DNA of 35,308 bases from a virus. Lineage: Duplodnaviria; Caudoviricetes. The translations under genes were made by a program, and so were the position numbers. A model generated the notes under the pieces. That model saw only the letters and a list, made by a program, of their open reading frames with translations, had not been told where the DNA came from and did not search any database. The stretch is from positions 1-35,308 of IMG/VR virus record IMGVR_UViG_3300038317_000237; one strand, given 5' to 3'. Positions within the stretch are counted from its first letter, which is position 1. Each line of letters opens with the position of its first letter. This document shows, one piece after another, positions 10,855 to 18,437 of the stretch.

Positions 10855-11148
10855 ATGAGAGAAAAAGTAGTTGAAGCATATTTGCGAGACCGGGTGAAAG
10901 AAATCGGCGGTAAAGCATATAAGTTCGTAAGTCCGGGAAATAATGATGTGCCTGACAGACTGGTATGTTTACCGGGTGGACAAGCAGTTTTTGCTGAACT
11001 GAAAGCCCCGGGGAAAAAGCCGACAGCACTCCAAATCAATCAACAAAATAAACTTGCGAAAATGGGCTTCAGCGTTTGGACTTTAGACAGTAAGCACGAA
11101 GTTGATGTGTTTATTAATTACTGCACAAGTGTGGTGAAAAGACAATGA
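10855..11148 (+). CDS. VRR-NUC domain nuclease
   Basis: KFVSPG..VPDRLV..FAELKAPGKKP. Confidence 0.9.
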   Translation: MREKVVEAYLRDRVKEIGGKAYKFVSPGNNDVPDRLVCLPGGQAVFAELKAPGKKPTALQINQQNKLAKMGFSVWTLDSKHEVDVFINYCTSVVKRQ

Positions 11149-12518
11149 TATTCGTACCGCATGGGTATCAAGCATATTGCATTAAGCAGATTATTAATCA
11201 CAATGCATTAGGGTTATTTCTCGATATGGGTTTAGGGAAAACAGTTATCACATTAACCGATGTGAATGACTTGAAATATAACAGATTCGCAGTCAATAAA
11301 GTACTTGTCATAGCACCTAAAAAAGTCGCAGAGGCAACATGGAGCAAAGAAGCACAGAAATGGGATCATCTGAAACTTTTGAGAATTTCAACGGTACTTG
11401 GGACAGCAAAACAAAGAATTAAAGCCTTAAGCATGCCGGGGGACATTTACATAATCAACCGTGAAAATGTGCAGTGGTTAGTTGACTATTACAGAAATGA
11501 TTGGCCGTTTGATATGGTGGTAATTGATGAATCATCCAGCTTTAAAAATCACCAGGCGAAAAGGTTTAAAGCATTAACATGGGTGCGGAGTAAAATATCA
11601 CGTATTGTAGAACTTACTGGTACACCTGCGCCTAATGGGCTAATTGATTTGTGGTCTCAGATTTATCTCCTTGACGGCGGGCAAAGGTTGGGGAAAACTA
11701 TAGGCGGCTTTCGTCAGAGATATTTTGATCCCGACCAAAGAAACGCACAGCAGATTTTCAGTTACAAGCCAAAAGAGGGAGCGGGACAAACAATACAGGA
11801 CAGAATATCGGATATATGCATCAGCATGAGTGCAAAGGATTATCTGGAATTACCCGAATGTGTTTATGTTGATGTTCCAGTTGCACTTGATAGAAAAGCT
11901 GCTAATGCCTATAAGAAACTTGAACACGATATGCTTTTGAAAGTAGATGAAGATGAAATATCAGCAACAACTGCGGCAACACTTGGAAATAAGCTGCTAC
12001 AACTTGGTAATGGCGCTGTATATGACGAAAACCATAAAGCCGTTGTAATTCACAAATGCAAAATTGAAGCCTTTATGGAAACTGTTGAAGCACTGCAAGG
12101 ACAATCAGCTTTAGTATTTTATAATTTCCAACATGACCGAGATAGGATTTTAAAGGCACTTGCCAAAACTAATTTACGAGTTCGAGTGTATCAGGGTCCG
12201 CAGGACGAAACCGGTTGGAATAACCATAAAATAGATATTCTTCTTGCGCATCCGGCAAGCACGGCATACGGGCTTAATTTACAAGAGGGCGGAAACCACA
12301 TAATTTGGTTCGGCCTAAATTGGAGTTTAGAACTGTATCAGCAAGCAAATAAAAGACTTCACAGGCAAGGACAGAAACAGAAGGTATTTATTCATAACCT
12401 TATAGTTCAGGGCAGTGTGGACGAGGATGTACTTGATGCCCTACAGGGTAAAAGCAGTACGCAGGAAAGTCTTTTGAAAGCACTTAAGGTAAGAATTAAA
12501 AAGGTTAAAGGAAAGTGA
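11145..12518 (+). CDS. SNF2-like phage helicase
   Basis: DMGLGKT, DESS, LTGTP, GLNLQ, RLHRQGQ. Confidence 0.92.
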   Translation: MIFVPHGYQAYCIKQIINHNALGLFLDMGLGKTVITLTDVNDLKYNRFAVNKVLVIAPKKVAEATWSKEAQKWDHLKLLRISTVLGTAKQRIKALSMPGDIYIINRENVQWLVDYYRNDWPFDMVVIDESSSFKNHQAKRFKALTWVRSKISRIVELTGTPAPNGLIDLWSQIYLLDGGQRLGKTIGGFRQRYFDPDQRNAQQIFSYKPKEGAGQTIQDRISDICISMSAKDYLELPECVYVDVPVALDRKAANAYKKLEHDMLLKVDEDEISATTAATLGNKLLQLGNGAVYDENHKAVVIHKCKIEAFMETVEALQGQSALVFYNFQHDRDRILKALAKTNLRVRVYQGPQDETGWNNHKIDILLAHPASTAYGLNLQEGGNHIIWFGLNWSLELYQQANKRLHRQGQKQKVFIHNLIVQGSVDEDVLDALQGKSSTQESLLKALKVRIKKVKGK

Positions 12519-12522
12519 TTTT

Positions 12523-12747
12523 ATGATGAATATATTATCAGTTCGGCTTAGAAATTTGAGGGGCGAAAAAAATATAAGTCAACTTAAACTTTCATTGGAA
12601 CTGGGATTTTCACAAAGTGCAGTTGCCGCATATGAAGCGGGACGAAAAAATCCATCAATTTTCAGCCTTTGCTGTATGGCTGATTATTTTGATTGCAGTA
12701 CAGACTATTTACTTGGACGTACAGATAGGAGGAGCAAGAATGTATAA
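12523..12747 (+). CDS. XRE HTH regulator
   Basis: RLRNLR..SQ..YEAGRKNP..DYLLGR. Confidence 0.85.
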   Translation: MMNILSVRLRNLRGEKNISQLKLSLELGFSQSAVAAYEAGRKNPSIFSLCCMADYFDCSTDYLLGRTDRRSKNV

Positions 12748-12961
12748 GTTTGCAAAGAGGCTTCGCCGACTCAGGCGAGGCAAGCTGTTAAGCCAAAACC
12801 AACTTGGCGAGCAAGTAGGAATCGCAAGGGTTACAATTTATGCTTATGAACATGGAGAACGTAATCCAACAGCATATACGTTGTGTCAGCTTGCCGATTT
12901 TTTCGGGGTTTCGGTTGACTTTTTATTGGGGAGGTCGGATAAACGGAATGTACAACCCTAA
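12740..12961 (+). CDS. XRE HTH regulator, paralogue of the preceding gene
   Basis: AGGAGG RBS, ATG at 12740; RLRRLR..SQ..YEHGERNP..DFLLGR. Confidence 0.85.
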   Translation: MYKFAKRLRRLRRGKLLSQNQLGEQVGIARVTIYAYEHGERNPTAYTLCQLADFFGVSVDFLLGRSDKRNVQP

Positions 12962-13356
12962 ATACATAAGCTTACCAAATGATATTTATCGTACAGCTGT
13001 TAATGTATCAAAATCCTATTATGCAATGCTTCGGCGACGAAAAGAAATTGAGGATGAAATAATTCATGAATCGCCATGTTCTGACGGGCAACCACACGGA
13101 AGCGGGACAAGCGATACAACGGGGCAAAAGGCGGAACGAATATTATTAAGGCAGGCTGAAAATGAACGTAAGATTAAAGCAGTAGAACAGGCATGGGCTG
13201 AATTTACAGAGCCATATCAAAGGGAGTTTATAAAATTTAAACCTGTTTGAAAATATCAGAATGGATGATATTAATTTACCGTTTGCGATTATAACCATGA
13301 AGCGAATGAGGAAAAGATTTTTAGTTAGAGTCGCTGAGAACTTAAACGAAATATGA
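12948..13356 (+). pseudogene. ArpU/RinA-like late transcription activator, +1 frameshift near 13237
   Basis: Last early gene before terminase; GQPHGSGTSDTT..KA motif; C-terminal helix MKRMRKRFLVRVAENL lies in the shifted frame. Confidence 0.65.
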
Positions 13357-13460
13357 TACCTAAAAACAAAGTCAAGGGGGTATAATGAGTATAGTAAGAA
13401 AATAAGGTAAAACTTGGCTACCTCCTTAAAAGCGCCGTCTGTAATGGGCGGCGCAAATAT

Positions 13461-13514
13461 GTTAGACTTCAAGCAATAGCTGTGCTAAAGGTGCGAATCC
13501 GAAGTTTAACACCA
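13461..13514 (+). ncRNA. Putative tRNA-like mini-RNA (acceptor/T helix, T-loop, ACCA, no anticodon arm)
   Basis: GTTAGACTTC/GAAGTTTAAC 10 bp plus GG-TGCGAAT-CC, followed by A-CCA. Confidence 0.5.
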
Positions 13515-13602
13515 ATAGTGCTTTACGGTGTAAGTACATAACAAGGCTTGATTAGGATAAGTCCAAAAGAGCAAACCGTTTGGGATATTTAAGCCCACAG
13601 AA

Positions 13603-13632
13603 AAAAGCAGAGGATTTTATTCCCCTGCTTTT
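13603..13632. terminator. Hairpin between convergent transcripts
   Basis: AAAAGCAGAGGA...TCCCCTGCTTTT. Confidence 0.5.
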
Positions 13633-13802
13633 CTGCAAAAATCATCAATGAATTTTTTTATTTCAGCTGTGGGTGTAGTGCCTAACTCTACACACTTTGT
13701 TTTAAACTTATCTAATACATCCGGCTTTAAATCAAGAGGGAAGCGAACGTATTTTGCACGAAGATGTTTTTGCTGGGCTTTGTATTTATTTTCGTTATTC
13801 AA
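13617..13802 (-). CDS. Small ribbon-helix-helix-like DNA-binding protein
   Basis: YVRFPLDLK beta pattern followed by two helices; overlaps the upstream stop codon. Confidence 0.7.
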   Translation of the reverse strand: MNNENKYKAQQKHLRAKYVRFPLDLKPDVLDKFKTKCVELGTTPTAEIKKFIDDFCRKAGE

Positions 13803-13969
13803 TTCAATTCTCTTTTCTTAATGATTTTATAGATATCTAAACAAATATTGAAAAGTATTATTATAGCATTTATTATTACAGCACATTTTATTATGAATCC
13901 CCAACTTGTTGCAAATGCAATTACCAATAATGCAGCAAGGATAAATACCCAAACTCTATTATTCTTCAT
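13799..13969 (-). CDS. 56-aa two-TM membrane peptide
   Basis: GAAAGGAG RBS; MKNNRVWVFILAALLVIAF..IINAIIILFNICLDIYKIIKKRELN. Confidence 0.7.
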   Translation of the reverse strand: MKNNRVWVFILAALLVIAFATSWGFIIKCAVIINAIIILFNICLDIYKIIKKRELN

Positions 13970-14054
13970 ATTGTTAAATCTCCTTTCATATGGTATTCTA
14001 TATTTAAAGCAAAACCCCAAACGGGGGAGGGAGCTTTTACTCCCTCAGCTTTCA

Positions 14055-14159
14055 TTAAGATTTTATTGCTGTAATCAAAGCGGCTATTGCAATGACGGCT
14101 TGGATTATCAACTCAATTAAGTCTTTAGTTGAAAGCTTTTTGCTTTTCTTTTTACTCAT
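14055..14159 (-). CDS. 34-aa basic/hydrophobic peptide, type I toxin-like (not in ORF track)
   Basis: AAGGAGA RBS; MSKKKSKKLSTKDLIELIIQAVIAIAALITAIKS. Confidence 0.7.
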   Translation of the reverse strand: MSKKKSKKLSTKDLIELIIQAVIAIAALITAIKS

Positions 14160-14190
14160 TTATGTATCTCCTTTTCTTTACTGTACTTAC

Positions 14191-14219
14191 ATTATATCAT
14201 ATACGTACGTATATGTCAA
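14191..14219 (-). promoter_or_regulatory. Consensus SigA promoter overlapped by a perfect 18-bp palindrome
   Basis: TTGACA-17-TATAAT with extended TG; CATATACGTACGTATATG at 14198-14215. Confidence 0.85.
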
Positions 14220-14250
14220 TACTTTTACATACAAATTAGAAATATTTTCA

Positions 14251-14286
14251 AAGCATCTCACTAAAGCGTGAGGTGCTTTTCTTTTA
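14251..14286 (+). terminator. Intrinsic terminator-like hairpin
   Basis: AAGCATCTCAC-TAAAGC-GTGAGGTGCTT followed by a T-rich tail. Confidence 0.6.
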
Positions 14287-14306
14287 CCCATTCGGAGGAT
14301 TAAAAA

Positions 14307-14495
14307 ATGAACTGTATAAAGAAAATAGCCGACCATGATTGTAATAACTGCCCGTGCGGCTATATAAAAAATAAAAAAATACACTGCGGCAGGTGCGAGT
14401 ACAGCAACGTACTAAAGACGGGAACGACGAGCTGTATGCTGCCGAGGTGCGCTAAACTATTGAAACGAGGTGGTGATGCATGTGGCGAAAGGTAA
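14307..14495 (+). CDS. Small Cys-rich phage protein
   Basis: GGAGG RBS; CNNCPC, CGRC and CMLPRC motifs. Confidence 0.6.
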   Translation: MNCIKKIADHDCNNCPCGYIKNKKIHCGRCEYSNVLKTGTTSCMLPRCAKLLKRGGDACGER

Positions 14496-14928
14496 ATATC
14501 AGAAGTGGCTGACTCAGGATGGACACACACTTCTTGAAGCGTGGGCGAGGGATGGACTGACGGATGAGCAGATTTCTCACAATATGGGAATTGCCACGTC
14601 AACTTTATATGATTGGAAAACAAAATATCAGGAGATTTCGGACGCCTTAAAAAAGGGTAAAGAAGTTGTTGATATTGAAGTTGAAAATACACTCCTTAAA
14701 AGGGCTTTAGGTTATAAGTATAAAGAAGAAAAAATCGAAACCGATGAAGCGGGCGGAAAAAAAATAACAACTACAACAAAAGAAGTTGTACCCGATACAA
14801 CCGCTCAAATCTTTTGGCTTAAAAACCGTAAACCTGAACAATGGAGAGAAAAGCAGACGGAAAATCAAAATATCACTGCTGAAGATGACCCAATTACAAA
14901 ATCACTTAAGGAGAATTTCGGAAAATGA
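14482..14928 (+). CDS. Putative terminase small subunit (HTH type)
   Basis: WARDGLTDEQI..TLYDWK..PDTTAQIFWLKNR; overlaps the terL start. Confidence 0.75.
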   Translation: MAKGKYQKWLTQDGHTLLEAWARDGLTDEQISHNMGIATSTLYDWKTKYQEISDALKKGKEVVDIEVENTLLKRALGYKYKEEKIETDEAGGKKITTTTKEVVPDTTAQIFWLKNRKPEQWREKQTENQNITAEDDPITKSLKENFGK

Positions 14929-15705
14929 GTTTATCAGAAAAACAAAAACAAATACTTACTTTTCCGTATTCCGGTAAATCAGCGCTGATTTGCGATGGCG
15001 CTGTCCGCTCCGGCAAGACATCTATCACGTCATTGTCCTTTATCCTATGGGCAATGGGCAACTTTTCCAACCAAAATTTCGGAATCTGTGGAAAAACGGT
15101 AATATCAGCTGAACGAAACGTAATTAAGCCCTTACTTGGAATTAAATATTTGAGAGAACAGTTTACATTGCACTTTGCAAACCACATATTGACAGTGTCG
15201 AGAGGACGCAAAACAAATACATTTTATGTGTTCGGCGGTAAAGACGAAGCGTCATATATGCTTATACAAGGTGTAACTCTTGCCGGCGTGTTTTTGGATG
15301 AAGTCGCATTAATGCCGGAATCATTTGTTAACCAGGCACTTGCCCGCTGTTCCGTTGAGAGTTCAAAATACTGGTTCAACTGTAACCCCGAGGGTCCACA
15401 GCATTGGTTTTATCGGGAATGGATTTTAGACCCGGAGCATAAGCATAACGCCGAACATATTCATTTTCTGCTGGACGATAATCCATCCTTAAGTGAAGCA
15501 AAAAAGCAGGAATATTACAGCAGCTATTCCGGCGTTTTCTATGACAGATATATTTTGGGGAAATGGGTAGCTGCTGACGGGCTTATATATCCTGACCAGG
15601 CGAACGGACAGGGTATTGTTCCGAACCAGCCACGCGACTATGTAAAATACGTGATAAGTATCGACTATGGCACGCTAAATCCTTTCTCAGCGGGTTTGTA
15701 TGGTT
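14925..15705 (+). pseudogene. terL: PBSX-family terminase large subunit, truncated and fused in frame to tnpV
   Basis: DGAVRSGKT, LDEVALMP, FNCNP, SIDYGTLNPF; similarity stops after SAGLYGL. Confidence 0.85.
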
Positions 15706-16049
15706 TGTGGTATGAGTTTCAGGAAGAATATTATTTTCCTTGCCTATCACTCCACGAAGAAGAACAAAAGCCAATCGGCATTTGGGGACAAAGGCATTTG
15801 AGATATATCAAGCAGCACACGCGAAACTTGTACTTTAATCTTGTTGCTAAAGGAAATCTTAACAGCTACCTTGCTGATATTGACAAGCAGGCTGAAGAAA
15901 TGCTTTCTCAGCTAGTGCAATCAATGAAAGAGAGTGAATGCCTCACTGAAAAACTCAAGACGGAAAATCAAATGCTGTGGATACAAAGGATGAATAATAT
16001 TCACAGCAGGGAGATAGAAGTTGTAAATGCTGATTTGATTTTTATGTAA
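15702..16049 (+). pseudogene. tnpV: TnpV-family protein lacking its own start
   Basis: GLWYE..YYFPCL..IGIWGQRHLRY..YLADID..LK..NQMLW..MNNI..EVVN.DLI matches TnpV. Confidence 0.8.
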
Positions 16050-16055
16050 AAATAT

Positions 16056-16096
16056 ACCGAGTGCAGCTCAAAGTTCAAAATTGAACTGTACTCGGT
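16056..16096 (+). terminator. Hairpin after tnpV
   Basis: ACCGAGTGCAGCTCAA...TTGAACTGTACTCGGT. Confidence 0.55.
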
Positions 16097-16119
16097 TATA
16101 TATAAATAATTGTAAAAGT

Positions 16120-16145
16120 TGCTTATAAACTGTTGTCTTATAGTC
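16120..16145 (+). promoter_or_regulatory. Putative C-box operator pair
   Basis: TGCTTATAAAC-TGTT-GTCTTATAGTC with 15-bp spacing; resembles the GACTTATAGTC C-box; third copy GACTATAAGTT at 16412-16422. Confidence 0.55.
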
Positions 16146-16200
16146 CGTTTTCTTTTATAATATAAAATATCTAACTATGATATCAGGGAGCTTGTTTAGT

Positions 16201-16419
16201 ATGGAGAATAACATAATTACTGAAAAATTTGGTAATAGAATCAGAGAATTGCGTAACAAAACTGGATTAAGCCAAGAAAAATTTGCATTGAAAATAGGAA
16301 TGGATCGCACATACTTTGCAAGTGTAGAACTCGGAAAACGCAATATAGCTTTAAAAAATATTAAAAAAATAGCAAATGGTTTAGGGGTAACTTTATCTGA
16401 ATTATTTGAAGGACTATAA
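16201..16419 (+). CDS. RM controller (C) protein, XRE HTH
   Basis: FGNRIRELR..LSQEKFA..DRTY..VELGKRNI; first gene of the RM operon. Confidence 0.85.
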   Translation: MENNIITEKFGNRIRELRNKTGLSQEKFALKIGMDRTYFASVELGKRNIALKNIKKIANGLGVTLSELFEGL

Positions 16420-16459
16420 GTTACTATTTACATAATGAATCGATAGAGAAGTGAGGACA

Positions 16460-17512
16460 ATGATGATGGCAACAGTTGATAAAAAAATATATAAGACATC
16501 ATTGATAAATAACCGCAGGTATTTAGGAAACAAGTATAAACTTCTTCCTTTCATAACAAAAGTGGTTAATGATGAATGTACAGAAATCGAATCTGTTGCT
16601 GATATTTTTGCTGGAACTGGTGCGGTTTCATCAGCTTTTAATGATAAAATAATAATTACAAATGATTTAATGTATAGCAATTATATTTGTAATTTAGCTT
16701 GGTTTGGAGCTCAAGAATATAATCCACAGATAATAATTGATTATGTTGTTGGATATAACGTTATATCAGAGTACAATGAAAACTATATGACTGAAAATTT
16801 TGCAAATACATATTTCAGTTATAATGATTGCTCTAAAATTGGTTTTATAAGAGAAGATATTGAGAACAGTTATGATGCAGGAAGAATTAACGAAAGAGAA
16901 AGAGCAATTCTGATTACTTCCTTGTTATATGCAATGGATAAAATTGCAAAAACTTGCGGGCACTATGACGCATATCGAAAAGGTGCTGAATTTAACTCCT
17001 CTCTCGAATTGTATGTACCGTTAGCGGAAGTAAAAAATCGTAAAGAAAATAAATGTTTTAACGAAGACGCTAATGAATTGGTAAAAAACATTTTGGCAGA
17101 TTTAGTTTATATAGATCCACCATATAATTCTCGCCAATATTGTGATGCCTATCACTTGCTTGAAAATGTCGCACGCTGGGAAAAGCCAGAAGTTTACGGT
17201 GTGGCAAGAAAAATGAATAGAGATAGTATGAAAAGCAAGTACTGCACTAAAAGTGCAACCGAGGCATTTGAAGATTTAATAAAAAATATAAAGGCAAAGT
17301 ACATTTTGTTTTCGTATAACAATATGGCTACCAAAGGAAATGATAGATCTAACGCCAAGATATCTGATGAAGATATTATGAGAATTTTACAAAACAAAGG
17401 CAATGTAAAGGTTTTTTCAGAAAATTACAAAGCGTTTTCAACTGGAAAATCCAATATCTCAGATAATGCAGAAAGACTGTTTTTGTGTACTTGCTTTAGC
17501 GAGGAAAAATGA
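16460..17512 (+). CDS. DNA adenine methyltransferase M1 (D12 class)
   Basis: RRYLGNK, DIFAGTG, YIDPPY; exact start uncertain (16451-16466). Confidence 0.92.
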   Translation: MMMATVDKKIYKTSLINNRRYLGNKYKLLPFITKVVNDECTEIESVADIFAGTGAVSSAFNDKIIITNDLMYSNYICNLAWFGAQEYNPQIIIDYVVGYNVISEYNENYMTENFANTYFSYNDCSKIGFIREDIENSYDAGRINERERAILITSLLYAMDKIAKTCGHYDAYRKGAEFNSSLELYVPLAEVKNRKENKCFNEDANELVKNILADLVYIDPPYNSRQYCDAYHLLENVARWEKPEVYGVARKMNRDSMKSKYCTKSATEAFEDLIKNIKAKYILFSYNNMATKGNDRSNAKISDEDIMRILQNKGNVKVFSENYKAFSTGKSNISDNAERLFLCTCFSEEK

Positions 17513-17513
17513 T

Positions 17514-18425
17514 ATGATACAATCTCCTTTAAATTACACAGGCGGAAAATTTAAATTGTTACCGCAAATATTACCTTACTTTCCAAATGATATTGATGTA
17601 TTTGTGGATTTGTTTTGTGGTGGTTGTAATGTAGGAACCAATATCCAAGCTAATAGAGTCATATATAATGATTTAAATGAACACTTACTCTATTTGTATA
17701 ATACATTTAAAAATTTAGATAAGGAATCGACCTTTGAATGGATTTATCAAATTATTGATAAGTATCAGTTATCACTTGTAAGTAGGAACGGGTATGATTA
17801 TTATGGATGTGAAAGTAGTAAAGGATTAGGAGACTATAATAGAGAGCACTTTCTGAAGTTGCGTGAAGATTTTAATAACAACACAAATGAAGATTATTAC
17901 TATTATGTAATGCTGTATGTAATAATCGTATATGCTTTTAACAATCAAATACGATTTAATAGTAAGGGCAAATTTAATTTACCAGTTGGAAAACGTGATT
18001 TTAATAAAAAAATGGAAAATAAGCTATCTGCATTTATAGATACACTAAAAGCTCAAAACTGTTATTTTACGTGTAAGGACTTCAGAGAATTTGATGTTTC
18101 TCAACTGGATTCCAATGACTTTGTTTATGTAGATCCCCCATACTTAATTACCTGTGCTACATATAATGAGCAAGGAGGATGGGATGAGAACTCGGAACGA
18201 GATTTACTATCCTTTTTAGATAAACTTTCTCAAAACAAAATACGTTTTGCGTTATCAAATGTGCTTAGAAGCAAGGGAAAAGAAAATCAAATATTGATTG
18301 AATGGCTTAATAAAAATACCAAAAGATATAAGGTTATACAGCTAAATTACAGCTATTCAAATTCTAACTATCAAACTAAGGATAAATCATCTGTCAGTGA
18401 GGAAGTATTGATTATAAACTATTAA
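17514..18425 (+). CDS. DNA adenine methyltransferase M2 (Dam-like)
   Basis: SPLNYTGGK, DLFCGG, FNLPVG, YVDPPY. Confidence 0.92.
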   Translation: MIQSPLNYTGGKFKLLPQILPYFPNDIDVFVDLFCGGCNVGTNIQANRVIYNDLNEHLLYLYNTFKNLDKESTFEWIYQIIDKYQLSLVSRNGYDYYGCESSKGLGDYNREHFLKLREDFNNNTNEDYYYYVMLYVIIVYAFNNQIRFNSKGKFNLPVGKRDFNKKMENKLSAFIDTLKAQNCYFTCKDFREFDVSQLDSNDFVYVDPPYLITCATYNEQGGWDENSERDLLSFLDKLSQNKIRFALSNVLRSKGKENQILIEWLNKNTKRYKVIQLNYSYSNSNYQTKDKSSVSEEVLIINY

Positions 18426-18437
18426 GGAGGAGCTGGC

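Larger units (their letters stand above)
5341..15705. mobile_element. Defective prophage fragment (replication module to terminase)
   Basis: polA-virE-VRR-NUC-SNF2-ArpU-terS-terL order; both ends are broken genes; no capsid, tail or lysis genes. Confidence 0.85.

Noticed and set aside
13461-13514. Canonical tRNA gene
   Set aside because: Only 54 nt with no anticodon arm; reported as tRNA-like instead
14925-16049. Novel natural TerL domain architecture
   Set aside because: Better explained as a deletion chimera; nuclease domain is incomplete and downstream phage genes are missing
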